Sequence record: SRR22947725_471
Length of the DNA stretch: 40,173 nt
Strand: one strand, 5' to 3'
Notes under the pieces: model-generated
What the model saw: the letters and a program-made list of their open reading frames with translations, nothing else
What the model was told of the DNA's origin: nothing
Database searches by the model: none
Shown here: positions 25,921 to 35,971 of the stretch, one piece after another
Position numbering within the stretch: the first letter of the stretch is position 1
Layout of the letters: every line of letters begins with the position of its first letter
Made by a program: the position numbers and the translations under genes

Positions 25921-27098
25921 TAAACGCCTTTTCCAAAATAAATATATCCTTCTTTGGTAGTTTCTTTTATTGGATTTTGAATATATGTTGATTCAAATTT
26001 ATCAACAATCTTCTTTTCACTTTTGCTCAAAGATTCCTCTTTTATCTTATGTTTTGTATGCAAAGAACAAATATATTCGAGAGATTCATTTTTTATGCCA
26101 AGCCAATCACAAAAAATATCTTCATACTCATTCCATTTTCCAATATATGCTTTTTCAATAATAGCTGCTTCCTCTCTGGATAGTCTTTTGTGTCGTATTT
26201 CTCTACATAACTGATCAGTTACTTTGGAGTAACCATGCTTAAGGTATTTAAGTTTATTGTGTATATTTAAGTACACATAACAGTCAACATTTTCATAGAT
26301 ATCAAATGTGGAGCTTGATTTTAGAGTTTCAAAGCCATATTTTTCCACAACAAGCTCTGCCTGCTTTCTATAATCCCATCTAATGAAATTGTTTAGATAA
26401 ATACCTCTTATTTTTTTTTCATAAAGCATATCATCATTTGGATACTCATAATTTCCAAAAATACTTTCGTTTAAAATTGAGAAAGGATCATCTTCATTAA
26501 CTACTTCCTTTCCAAATAAGTCATGGTCTTTTCTATATCTTCTTGTCATTTCTACACCTTGATGATAGGAAAACATTCCTACTTGCTCTATGCCTTGATG
26601 AGCTCCCCAGACTATCAATGGAATATTGAATTTAGTTGCTGACTGAACTGCAAAAACAGTATTTCCAGCAAGAGCATGCCAATAAGGATTGCCATATCTT
26701 TCAAGTGAATATCTAGTAATATCCTGAACAATTTTGAGGTTAGAATTTTTAATAATTATATCTACACCAAAAACCTCACGAAGCTTAGCTAAGTTTCTAA
26801 TTGACAACATATTATTAAAATATTTATTGTAATGAACTACCAGTGGTTTAAGCTTGAGAATATTAATTACATGATGTAGTACAAAAAAAGAGTCAGATGA
26901 TGAGGTGACAGGAACCACACAATCATAATATTCACCTTGCCTATAATTATTAACTAATTCTTCGAGTTTCTCATATTTTTTTGACCAATCAATTGAATCT
27001 TTTTCTTCATGGATGAGACACCCTGAACAAATGCCATCGGAATTAAAAGTAATACCTAAAGGGTGTTCGTCATTATATAAACATCTCTTGCATTCCAT
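25920..27098 (-). CDS. N-acetyl sugar amidotransferase paralog 2 (WbuX/WbpG/PseA family), degenerate PP-loop
   Basis: Motifs CxxC...CxxC, YDCVVPVTSSSDS, PLIVWG, GIYLNNFIRWD and KYLKHGYSKVTD...EIRH..LSREEA. Confidence 0.85.
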   Translation of the reverse strand: MECKRCLYNDEHPLGITFNSDGICSGCLIHEEKDSIDWSKKYEKLEELVNNYRQGEYYDCVVPVTSSSDSFFVLHHVINILKLKPLVVHYNKYFNNMLSIRNLAKLREVFGVDIIIKNSNLKIVQDITRYSLERYGNPYWHALAGNTVFAVQSATKFNIPLIVWGAHQGIEQVGMFSYHQGVEMTRRYRKDHDLFGKEVVNEDDPFSILNESIFGNYEYPNDDMLYEKKIRGIYLNNFIRWDYRKQAELVVEKYGFETLKSSSTFDIYENVDCYVYLNIHNKLKYLKHGYSKVTDQLCREIRHKRLSREEAAIIEKAYIGKWNEYEDIFCDWLGIKNESLEYICSLHTKHKIKEESLSKSEKKIVDKFESTYIQNPIKETTKEGYIYFGKGV

Positions 27099-27100
27099 TG

Positions 27101-27856
27101 CTAAAACCTTAAATGGTTTTGAGCTCTAGTGCTCACTTGATTTTTAATATTTAAATAACTTAATTCAGTATGGTTGAGTTTATTTCCAATCATTATGGCC
27201 TTGACATTAGTTTTGTTCAAAAGAGTGTCGCAGATTTCGGTGTTATGTATTCCGCCATTACAAATAATATCAAGATTCTCGAAAAAACTTTTTTCAATCA
27301 GTTCCTTGTTAAAAACTTCATTTATTGAGCCTTCATTTTTTACATCTGTTATAAGAAATTCAGAAATAAAGGGATTATTTATTAAATCTTCTAGGGTGGA
27401 TAATTCGATTTGTTTTTTATCAATGTAGTCATAATAGAAAGTATCGTTATCTTTAATTATTATAGGCAGAGACATTATTATTGCCTGCGAACCAATCTCA
27501 TCTGCAACTTCTTTCGGTAAAAGTTTATTTTTTACAAAAGCATTTTCAATGACTATGCGATCAGCTCCACTCTGAATTACCAAAGATGCATCCTTAGACG
27601 AAGCTATACCTCCTCCATATATAATTGGTGTGCCCTTTGAGATATTTGCAACATTTGAGATAAGATCAAAATCTATACTAGATTGATTTCTTGAGCAGCT
27701 GATATCTGTAATTACTATCTCATCGACTTTCCATCTAGCTAGGTTTTCAACTAATATTTTTGGATCACCCAATGGCAAGTACCTTTCATACCCAAATGAT
27801 TGAACTGCATGACCGTTGTTAACAAGAATAGATGCTATAACTCTTTTTTTAATCAT
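27101..27856 (-). CDS. hisF: HisF-like cyclase-fold paralog (WbuZ/HisF2 type, glycan amidation)
   Basis: Motifs KKRVIASIL, DEIV..DI, PIIYGGGI and SGADRIV. The catalytic Asp of true HisF (PCLDV) is absent (ASILV). Confidence 0.8.
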   Translation of the reverse strand: MIKKRVIASILVNNGHAVQSFGYERYLPLGDPKILVENLARWKVDEIVITDISCSRNQSSIDFDLISNVANISKGTPIIYGGGIASSKDASLVIQSGADRIVIENAFVKNKLLPKEVADEIGSQAIIMSLPIIIKDNDTFYYDYIDKKQIELSTLEDLINNPFISEFLITDVKNEGSINEVFNKELIEKSFFENLDIICNGGIHNTEICDTLLNKTNVKAIMIGNKLNHTELSYLNIKNQVSTRAQNHLRF

Positions 27857-27858
27857 AA

Positions 27859-28470
27859 TTATGATGCCAAGGCATGATTAAGCAATACGTTTCCAGCTAT
27901 TTGACTTTTTTCAGGATGGAATTGAAAACCGATAAGATTATTTTTTTCAAAAACTGATGGTATTGTTTCAAACTCATTTATATGTGATGAACCAGTAATA
28001 AAGTTAGGATTAAAATCATAAAGTTTATATTTATGATTAAAGTAAAAATTATTTTTATCAAATTTTGCAAAAATACTATTTTGACTAAAATTTACAGAAT
28101 TCCAACCTATATGGGATTCAACAGATTTAAGCTTATCAGTATAACCCTCAAGGAGACTCAAACCCTTAGAGTCTGGCTTGGTCTCCATTGAATACTCAGA
28201 TAAGATTTGGAAACCCATACATATTCCAATTATTTTTCTCTCTAGCTGTATATGCTCATGTATAAATGAATTTTTATTACTAAATAATCTTTTTGATAAT
28301 GATGCAATGTTGCCAACCCCTGGGAATATAATGGCATCATATTTTATATTTTTAGAGATATCAGAAATCTCAAAGATAGAATAATATTTTTTATCAATGG
28401 CATTATAAAGTGATTTTATATTCCCACCAGCTATATTAATAATACCAACAGTTTTTTTTGTTCTAACCAT
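27859..28470 (-). CDS. hisH: HisH-like glutaminase paralog (WbuY/HisH2 type); start ATG 28470 or 28479
   Basis: Motifs GNIKS, IFPGVG, GICMGFQ (Cys), HIGWN and FQFHPEKS (His-Glu). Confidence 0.88.
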   Translation of the reverse strand: MVRTKKTVGIINIAGGNIKSLYNAIDKKYYSIFEISDISKNIKYDAIIFPGVGNIASLSKRLFSNKNSFIHEHIQLERKIIGICMGFQILSEYSMETKPDSKGLSLLEGYTDKLKSVESHIGWNSVNFSQNSIFAKFDKNNFYFNHKYKLYDFNPNFITGSSHINEFETIPSVFEKNNLIGFQFHPEKSQIAGNVLLNHALAS

Positions 28471-29605
28471 ACAAACCATGCCCTACCTTAAAATTTGGAG
28501 TATATTTTCCTTTTTCGCCTGTTGGAGTAAATAGCTGCTTATTTACATTTTGATCAATAACCTCCCAAAACTCTGCTTTTGTGATGCTTATATATTCGCA
28601 AAAGGAATCAATATACTTATCAGCGCATTTACCATCAAACTTTTCTACAAGCTTTATTGCCTCATCTCTTGTTATTGACCCGTTTCTAATTTGCTCGTTT
28701 ACATATTCCGTAGTTTTTCCAAAACCAAATTTATAATATTTAATCATTTGATTAAATATTACCCAATCTTCATCTAATGAAGAAACGCCAGATGCATCAC
28801 CAGTATCAATTGCTTTGCCCAGTCTCGGAGATAGGCCATAAGAAAGACTTGTTCTACCATTTGTAATAAAATTCCAGTCTCCAATAAACCATCCTAGATA
28901 GATAATATTTATATTCTTTGCTTCAAATTCTTTTTCTATTGGATATCTAAAGAAATATAAATCTTTTTCGGGTATACCCATTTCTTCCATCCATGATATA
29001 TCTCCACCCGCTAATGTATTTCCAGATTTCATATTATTTCCATCCCACCCATTTTTGCCAATCATGCCTTTGTCACCAATTTGCAAACCTGGATTCTCTC
29101 CCCATATAACTAAAGAGATATCATAATTTATAGCAATTATTGGAACTGCAGAAAAAAGAGCCATTTCTGTTGCTTTACCCCAATTAGAAAATCTAAAGAA
29201 GGATTCTTTTATTAACTTTTTCCATAAAATTGGTGATGGGCCTATTACTTCTAAGTCAAAGCCCAATCGAATCAAATTGGATAAATTGCTCGCACCTAAA
29301 TCAGTAACTTGGCTTGGTGGATATGACATACATACTAATAATGGATTTAACCCGAGATTATCTCTTATGTATAAGGCTTGTCTGGTACTATCTTTTCCAC
29401 CACTTACACCTACAATACAATCATATTGTGAGTTCTTATTATTTTTTTTTGCTTTATTTACAAGATCTTGCAAAATCTCATGCCTATCAGGCCAATAAAT
29501 CTCTTCTGTTGATTTATGATATTCGCATGCAGTACAAATTTCAGATGATTCCCAGCTATTACCAGGTCTTGTATTAGGTTCTAAACATTTTTTACAATAA
29601 ATCAT
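28463..29605 (-). CDS. N-acetyl sugar amidotransferase paralog 1 (WbuX/WbpG/PseA family)
   Basis: Motifs CKKC...TRPG...CTAC, YDCIVGVSGGKDS, IWGEN and KYYKFGFG...IRNG.ITRDEA. Confidence 0.92.
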   Translation of the reverse strand: MIYCKKCLEPNTRPGNSWESSEICTACEYHKSTEEIYWPDRHEILQDLVNKAKKNNKNSQYDCIVGVSGGKDSTRQALYIRDNLGLNPLLVCMSYPPSQVTDLGASNLSNLIRLGFDLEVIGPSPILWKKLIKESFFRFSNWGKATEMALFSAVPIIAINYDISLVIWGENPGLQIGDKGMIGKNGWDGNNMKSGNTLAGGDISWMEEMGIPEKDLYFFRYPIEKEFEAKNINIIYLGWFIGDWNFITNGRTSLSYGLSPRLGKAIDTGDASGVSSLDEDWVIFNQMIKYYKFGFGKTTEYVNEQIRNGSITRDEAIKLVEKFDGKCADKYIDSFCEYISITKAEFWEVIDQNVNKQLFTPTGEKGKYTPNFKVGHGLYG

Positions 29606-30792
29606 CTTAAAAATTCTCTAGAGTATATTGATGTCAATATAAAATAAGCCACATTAAATACAGCAATAGATAATATAAGGTTATAAAAACTTAAATTACT
29701 AAACGCTAAATATATAACTTGTATTATAAACGATACTACTAGTATTTTATTCATTGAATAAAAATCATTCTTAGAATTCTGAAAACCAATAAGGACTGCC
29801 GAAATACAATACAATGCTATAAATGGTAGCAGAAATATGAAATGTTCAATAATTGGAATGAATTTTTCTCCAAATAAAAAATATATTAGATCTTCGCTGA
29901 TTAGAGCAAGAATCAAAGTTACAAATATTTGAGCAACCACAAAATACACAATTATTGACTTAACTCTATTACTTTGATTTCCATTTGAAAATTCAGGAAG
30001 AATTATAGTATTCATTGCTGCTGGGACTTTTATCAGCAAAGATACTAATGCTTGAATTTGACCAAAATATGCTAAATCGGTAGCTGGAAGAAAGAAAATA
30101 CAATAAAACCTGCCTATTTGTTGTTGAATTGTTGTTAAAAACGAGTTTACATAAAATCTTGTTCCAGCTTTTAACAATTTAAAAAATTCATTCTTTTTAT
30201 ATAATATTTTTGAAAACTTGAAATTAAATAAAATAACTACAAAAATTAATGACCATGAGAAAAATTGACCTAAAATTGGAGCATATATTAGTCTATCTAA
30301 CAACTGAATCGAAACTAGAATTGTTATTAAATTTGTAAAACTTTGTGCTAATAGAAGTATGTTGTAAAAATTATATTGCTTGAGTGCTGTTAGATAATAA
30401 AGATAACTAGAACCAGAAATTGATAATATAAAAGAGGTGATTATAAAATCTAGCTCATATCTGATTTTGTAGTCAACTATCAAAGAGATATTATCTAAGA
30501 TTAGCTCTCTAAAAAAAACATATATTAGTAGCACCAAGAGTGAAGATATAGCTATTAAAATAATTTGAGATGATTTTAATATAGATGAATCACTAGAGGA
30601 GTACCTCACAACAAAAGGAATTTCAGATTTAAATCTAAATGTTGCATCCAGGATAAGAAACACAGTCTGGAGTGCAAACCATAGAGCAAGCTCAGTTAAA
30701 GAAAGATATCTTGCAAGTACAACTATAATTAAAAAATTAATTGCTGTTACTGATACATCTCTTGTTAATAAAAAAATTATCTTCTTTAACAT
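29602..30792 (-). CDS. wzx: Oligosaccharide flippase
   Basis: About 12 hydrophobic segments; ARYLS..E, ILPEFS and FLFGEKF patterns typical of Wzx/MATE-like flippases. Confidence 0.8.
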   Translation of the reverse strand: MLKKIIFLLTRDVSVTAINFLIIVVLARYLSLTELALWFALQTVFLILDATFRFKSEIPFVVRYSSSDSSILKSSQIILIAISSLLVLLIYVFFRELILDNISLIVDYKIRYELDFIITSFILSISGSSYLYYLTALKQYNFYNILLLAQSFTNLITILVSIQLLDRLIYAPILGQFFSWSLIFVVILFNFKFSKILYKKNEFFKLLKAGTRFYVNSFLTTIQQQIGRFYCIFFLPATDLAYFGQIQALVSLLIKVPAAMNTIILPEFSNGNQSNRVKSIIVYFVVAQIFVTLILALISEDLIYFLFGEKFIPIIEHFIFLLPFIALYCISAVLIGFQNSKNDFYSMNKILVVSFIIQVIYLAFSNLSFYNLILSIAVFNVAYFILTSIYSREFLR

Positions 30793-30793
30793 G

Positions 30794-31660
30794 TTAACTA
30801 ATAACCTTGTATATTTCTTCTGGCAATCTTGGCTTCCTTATTGAGGATGGAATACTTGTAAAAACATCAAAACCTGACTCTTTTGCTAAATATAAGAAAT
30901 AACTTTCAGCCCCAACTACTATTGATGATTTTAAAAGAGAGTTGATTGGCGAAATATTTAAATCGAAAACAACATCATTAATTTCATTTAATTCCTTATA
31001 AGTATCAGGGTCATCTTTAGGATGAGGTCTCACAATAATTTTTTTTAATTTATTATTTTTTTTATAGTAATTATTATAAAAATTAAAGAAAGCAATTTCC
31101 CAAGGAAGTTTTTCGCCCCATTTTTCTTTGATATTCTCCAAAATATATAAAACATGATTACGATTATTTGGAATATTATTTATAAAATACTTTTTAAATG
31201 TATCAACATAATAATTTTTACAAATATATATTTGATTAAATGGGAAAAGTTCTTCTATCGCAATTTTTAAAGCATGTTTGTCGCAAACAAAACAATAATC
31301 AGGATATATAATGGTTTTTTCAAACAGAAATCTTTCTTTAAAATTAACGAAGTGATCTAAGATAGAAATAGTCACAATGTTATATTTTTTTGCAATTTTT
31401 AAAATCTCTTTTTCAAAAGATGAGGATCCTGTTCCAAGAATAAGCAGATCTATTTTTTGTAACAAAATATCATGATTTTCAACAAAAATAATATTTTCTG
31501 AATCTAAAATATTTTTTGCAGGGCCATCAACATAGGATTTAAATTTAATTTTTTGAAAATTTTTAATTAATGAGTTTATTATATTTGCTCCGCCAGCATC
31601 ACAGCATGCAACACCAACAGATTTGGATTGATTTATTAATTCTTCAATAGAAATGCTCAT
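30794..31660 (-). CDS. Hypothetical protein, candidate nonulosonate or phosphotransferase-type GT-B enzyme
   Basis: N-terminal DAGGAN motif, LDHFVNF..RF and VRPHPKD ('HP' motif); lies immediately upstream of wzx. Confidence 0.5.
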   Translation of the reverse strand: MSISIEELINQSKSVGVACCDAGGANIINSLIKNFQKIKFKSYVDGPAKNILDSENIIFVENHDILLQKIDLLILGTGSSSFEKEILKIAKKYNIVTISILDHFVNFKERFLFEKTIIYPDYCFVCDKHALKIAIEELFPFNQIYICKNYYVDTFKKYFINNIPNNRNHVLYILENIKEKWGEKLPWEIAFFNFYNNYYKKNNKLKKIIVRPHPKDDPDTYKELNEINDVVFDLNISPINSLLKSSIVVGAESYFLYLAKESGFDVFTSIPSSIRKPRLPEEIYKVIS

Positions 31661-31678
31661 TTCTAAAAATAAATACTT

Positions 31679-32950
31679 TTATTTTAGTTCGTCGAGATTT
31701 GAATAGACTTTTCTAATTGCATCACCGAGGATATTTATTTCTGTATCTGTAAAGTTACTTCCAACCATAAAAATTCCTAAGTACTCTTTTTCGTTTAAGC
31801 GCTCAGCAACCTCACATATTCCAGACCCATACTCATATTTAACACTATCATTCAATGACCAAGGGAAATTTTTTGTTCCGTAACATTGTTGCTCAGTGAA
31901 CATTGGAAGCATGTGCAGGTTTTGGTAATTTTTTGCAATAAATGGAACTCCCTCTGCAATAAGTGCATCATAAACTCTGTCTCTAGATACACCAGCAATA
32001 TTTTCGTTATGCTTCATTGCATAAAAATAATATACGTGACTACAATCATCACGCACTGAAGGTATTGTAAGTGCTTCAATATTTTTTAAATTTTCTGACA
32101 ATAGTCCTGCTGCCTTTTGTCTAGAAGAGATGGCTTGATCCAATTTTTTAAGTTGTTCTATACCTATAGCAGATTCAATTTCTCCAAGTCTAAAGTTATA
32201 TCCAATCATGTTTGTTAAATCTGGATCTTTATGAGCAACAATTGCTGCCTCTGCATGATTCCTTATTAATTGGCACTTTTCTGCATATTCATCACTATTT
32301 GTAACTATCATCCCGCCCTCTCCAGTATGGATATGTTTATGATAGTTAAAGCTATATCCTCCAATATCACCAAGAGTTCCTGCAAGCCTGCCTTTATATC
32401 TTGCTCCGGGAGACTGAGCACAGTCACTAATAACTTTAAGATTATGCTCTTTTGCGATTGCAAGGATAGGATCCATATCAGCCGAATGTCCAAATATATC
32501 AACAACTAGTATTGCTTTAGTTCTTTCAGTAATTTTTTCAGTAATTTTTTCTGGATCCATACAGAATGTATCTTCTTCAATATCAACAAATACAGGTATT
32601 GCATTCCAGTGAAGTATAGATATTGCAGACGCACACATAGTCCATGGAGTTACCAAAACCTCATCACCAGGTTCAATTCCTACAGCACCAATTGCAGCAA
32701 TAAGTCCAGATGTCCACGAGTTTACTGAAATTGCATTTGCAATTTCAAATTGTTCTTCAAAATTTCTTTCAAACTGTTTTACATATTTTCCACCTAGAAA
32801 ATTTGTGCCAGGAGCTCCTAAAAAGTCACTTAATATTCCACTTTTGACAACCTCACTTGTAGCGTCTTGTTCTTCAACTCCAATGGAGTTATAAATAGAA
32901 AATTCATGAGATACCGACCTCTCACCTCCATTAATTGCAAGTTTTTTCAT
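31679..32950 (-). CDS. DegT/DnrJ sugar aminotransferase
   Basis: Motifs VNSWTSGL, ISDCAQSPGA, SFNYHKHIHTGEGG and GYNFRLGEIE. Confidence 0.9.
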   Translation of the reverse strand: MKKLAINGGERSVSHEFSIYNSIGVEEQDATSEVVKSGILSDFLGAPGTNFLGGKYVKQFERNFEEQFEIANAISVNSWTSGLIAAIGAVGIEPGDEVLVTPWTMCASAISILHWNAIPVFVDIEEDTFCMDPEKITEKITERTKAILVVDIFGHSADMDPILAIAKEHNLKVISDCAQSPGARYKGRLAGTLGDIGGYSFNYHKHIHTGEGGMIVTNSDEYAEKCQLIRNHAEAAIVAHKDPDLTNMIGYNFRLGEIESAIGIEQLKKLDQAISSRQKAAGLLSENLKNIEALTIPSVRDDCSHVYYFYAMKHNENIAGVSRDRVYDALIAEGVPFIAKNYQNLHMLPMFTEQQCYGTKNFPWSLNDSVKYEYGSGICEVAERLNEKEYLGIFMVGSNFTDTEINILGDAIRKVYSNLDELK

Positions 32951-33900
32951 TTCGTAATTTTCTCCATAAATTGGATATTAAATATAGCTTCATCAACGTC
33001 ACATAAATTATAAGGAATTTTATTTGATGTATATGCATTATATAAATCATTATATACGTGCTTCTGAAACATTAAATAATCCGTATCTATATCTTTGGTT
33101 TTCACATATTCTGTAGAGTCTAAAAAATCCGGGTCCTTAGATGCTGAAAAAATTTGCATGCTCCTTCCAGCCCTAGTAATAATAATTTTTGAGGTATCAG
33201 ACAGTATTTGTATCTCATGATCTGAAACGAGTTCTGATCTTAGAGGAACGATGGTACCTATTGCATTTCGGTATTCTATTGAGGCTCTTGCTCTAGTTAC
33301 GTTTTTATTATTTATTTCATAAGATTTTGATATTATACGAGTAGGTTTTCCAAAATTAAAATTCAAAAAATCTATGAAATGAGCTCCATTATTCATAAAG
33401 CAGCCTGAATATTTTATAATTACATCATAAAAAATATCTGAACTATCATTTATATTTTTTTTTAAGTTTATGAATTCAGGTAGTGACCTCCTCATAAAAT
33501 TACAAAATAATAGAATATCTTTTTCATCACACAAAGATTTAATTTTTTTTGAATCTTTCAGGTTTTCCGCGATTGGTTTTTCACAAACTAAAATATTTGG
33601 ATTTAAAAAATTAGTAAACATTTCAATAGACTTTAAATGTGTATTAGTTGGTGAAGCTACAATAAGAACATCAATATCGAAGCAAGCCTTTCTTATATCA
33701 CTGACTTTATTGAAAATATTTACCAGTCCATATTTTTTTTTTACTTTATTGCATTGAGTTGGAGAAGGATCAAACCCAAACTCAAGTTTAAATCTTTTAT
33801 CAGAAAGAATTGTTTTTAAGTGAGAAATTAGATTTCTATTATGCAAATCATATGTTGCTCCAATTTTTCCTAGTCCAATTAATCCAACTTTTATTTTCAT
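32947..33900 (-). CDS. Gfo/Idh/MocA family oxidoreductase
   Basis: Motifs GLIGLGKIG, VASPT.TH, CEKPIA and NNGAHFID. Confidence 0.88.
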   Translation of the reverse strand: MKIKVGLIGLGKIGATYDLHNRNLISHLKTILSDKRFKLEFGFDPSPTQCNKVKKKYGLVNIFNKVSDIRKACFDIDVLIVASPTNTHLKSIEMFTNFLNPNILVCEKPIAENLKDSKKIKSLCDEKDILLFCNFMRRSLPEFINLKKNINDSSDIFYDVIIKYSGCFMNNGAHFIDFLNFNFGKPTRIISKSYEINNKNVTRARASIEYRNAIGTIVPLRSELVSDHEIQILSDTSKIIITRAGRSMQIFSASKDPDFLDSTEYVKTKDIDTDYLMFQKHVYNDLYNAYTSNKIPYNLCDVDEAIFNIQFMEKITK

Positions 33901-33954
33901 TAGGTAATATCCAAGTAATTAAAATTCATAAACTCGTAGAAATCTAGAATCATA

Positions 33955-35280
33955 TCATCTCTCTTTTTTAAACCTTTCTGTATGTTGCATTTCTGTTTCG
34001 AAAATAATCTTAACGGGTACTTTAAAGCTCTCTAATTTTTGTCTTGATAGCTTCCGTATTGTTTTTTTTAGTTCTATAGTATTTGCTTCTTTATCTACTA
34101 TTATTTTCAGCCCTACCGCCTGACCAGTGATGCCATTTGCAACTGAAAATGCTGTACAATCTTCAACACCTGCGATTGCCATTACGAAATCTTCTATTTC
34201 AGCTGGAAGCACTTTTTCACCTCCTACATTAATAACCTCATTTTTTCTTCCAACTATTTTAAAATAGGTATCATCTTTGGTTTCAACCAAATCACCAGTC
34301 TTAAACCATCCACTATTAATAGCCTTTTCATTAGTATTTATATATTCTGAGATTTGATTTTTAGATTTAACCCATAGTTCTTTGTTTTCTATTTTCCATT
34401 CAACATTTGGATCATCAATAGTCAAAAAGGTTGAAGACGATGATAAGCTTTTAGTTTGAACAATTCCTATTTCCGATGTGCCAAAAGTTTGAAGGAATTT
34501 TACTCTGGGTAGTTTCACTGAAAGGCGCTTAAGTAATTCTTCTGGCATTCTTTCTGTTCCATAAGTAACTAACCTTAATGATTTAAAGTCATATTTATCA
34601 AAGACTTGATCTAAGTGCATCATATTTAGAAAAGTTGGAGAACAAGGAAGAACTCTTACGTTATGTGTCTCAATTAAACCAGCCAAAACACTTGGATTTC
34701 TTCGGAGCGGCGCAACAAGATGTGAAGATTTTTTAATTCCAGACAATAATGTATTTAAGCCGCCTATATGATCAAATAAAAGAAGTAGCGCCATACAAAC
34801 TGGCTTAGATTTTTGTTCAACAGGATCTTGAAGCATGTGAGCCAGGTCCTTGCACATAGCTTTAGGCTCACCAGTAGTTCCACTAGAAAATAAAACTACT
34901 CCAGAATCTTTGAAAATATCATTATTTTGATAAATGCTGTCATCAATTTGTGTAATTTTCCAATTATTTATAGAGGATGCAACATATATTGCTTTTGAAA
35001 TTTTTTTTCGCTGTTCAATTATAGATTTGTTTTCAGTGACTACTGGAACCATTTTCCAATTGAAGCACAATCCAGTTATCATCCATGCAACGCTTTTTAG
35101 CGAGTAATCACCTTGAATCATACATATTGATTGAGGTTTGTTTTCAATTTGTATCTTGCAGGCTTTAATCTCATCCGCAAGTTCTAAATAAGTCCAACTG
35201 TTGTTCTCAGTTGATAAAAATAAAGACTTGTCTCTTTTAGAAAAAATATCTATCCAATCCTCAATTGAATTTTTAGTCAT
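33955..35280 (-). CDS. AMP-forming acyl-CoA/acyl-ACP ligase (ANL superfamily); likely start ATG 35280
   Basis: Motifs FSSGTTGEPK, TFGTSE, FKTGDL, GRKNEVINVGGEKV.P.EIE and FKVP. RBS GGAG precedes ATG 35280, which overlaps the SDR stop. Confidence 0.9.
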   Translation of the reverse strand: MTKNSIEDWIDIFSKRDKSLFLSTENNSWTYLELADEIKACKIQIENKPQSICMIQGDYSLKSVAWMITGLCFNWKMVPVVTENKSIIEQRKKISKAIYVASSINNWKITQIDDSIYQNNDIFKDSGVVLFSSGTTGEPKAMCKDLAHMLQDPVEQKSKPVCMALLLLFDHIGGLNTLLSGIKKSSHLVAPLRRNPSVLAGLIETHNVRVLPCSPTFLNMMHLDQVFDKYDFKSLRLVTYGTERMPEELLKRLSVKLPRVKFLQTFGTSEIGIVQTKSLSSSSTFLTIDDPNVEWKIENKELWVKSKNQISEYINTNEKAINSGWFKTGDLVETKDDTYFKIVGRKNEVINVGGEKVLPAEIEDFVMAIAGVEDCTAFSVANGITGQAVGLKIIVDKEANTIELKKTIRKLSRQKLESFKVPVKIIFETEMQHTERFKKER

Positions 35281-35971
35281 GCACTCCACCAAGATACAAA
35301 GTTTGAGCGGTTATAAAATTGCTTGATTCATCAATAAAAAAATCAATAATATTAAGAACGTCTTTAGTTTTGCCAAGTCTTTTTATTGCTTGTGACTCAA
35401 GTAACTTTTCTATTTTGTCAGATGGAACAGCCTTAATTAAATCTGTTTTTATGGGATTAGGGCCTATGCAATTAATAGTTATTCCAAATGGAGCAAATTC
35501 CTTTGCAGCAACTTGAGTAAATTTTTGAACTGCAGCTTTGCTTGATGCATAAATTGCCTCTCCTTCTAAGGACAAGGCAGATGCAACAGTTGTAAAGTTA
35601 ATAATTTTTCCTTGAATTTTTTTTCTAATCATTAGTTTTGCTACTTCTCTTGAAAAAAGGGCTGTTCCCACAATATTTGTGTTTAATAATTTTTTAACCG
35701 AACTAATGGGTGTTGATAGAATATGGTTCATAGAAGCAACTCCAGCATTATTAATAAGCACATCTATTCCATCATAGGTTTTTCCAGCTTCTCTAACCAT
35801 CTTAATCACCGATGATTCATCAGACACATCGCATGAAAAGTGTTCATATTTATCATGAATAAGATCTGATTGTCCTCTGCTACAACCTATAACAATATGA
35901 CCTCTAGAGAGAAACTCTTCACATAAAGCACGCCCAATACCTTTACTTGAACCAGTAACTAAAATACGCAT
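35273..35971 (-). CDS. FabG-like short-chain dehydrogenase/reductase
   Basis: Motifs TGSSKGIG, INNAG and YASSK; coupled to the ACP and ligase genes. Confidence 0.9.
   Translation of the reverse strand: MRILVTGSSKGIGRALCEEFLSRGHIVIGCSRGQSDLIHDKYEHFSCDVSDESSVIKMVREAGKTYDGIDVLINNAGVASMNHILSTPISSVKKLLNTNIVGTALFSREVAKLMIRKKIQGKIINFTTVASALSLEGEAIYASSKAAVQKFTQVAAKEFAPFGITINCIGPNPIKTDLIKAVPSDKIEKLLESQAIKRLGKTKDVLNIIDFFIDESSNFITAQTLYLGGVHD

Noticed and set aside
27101-28479. hisH/hisF as histidine biosynthesis genes
   Set aside because: No other his genes are present, the HisF catalytic Asp is missing, and both are flanked by sugar amidotransferases. These are glycan-amidation paralogs.
31679-32950. 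ColD-type PLP dehydratase (His replacing Lys)
   Set aside because: The motif SFNYHKHIHTGEGG retains Lys at the Schiff-base position.
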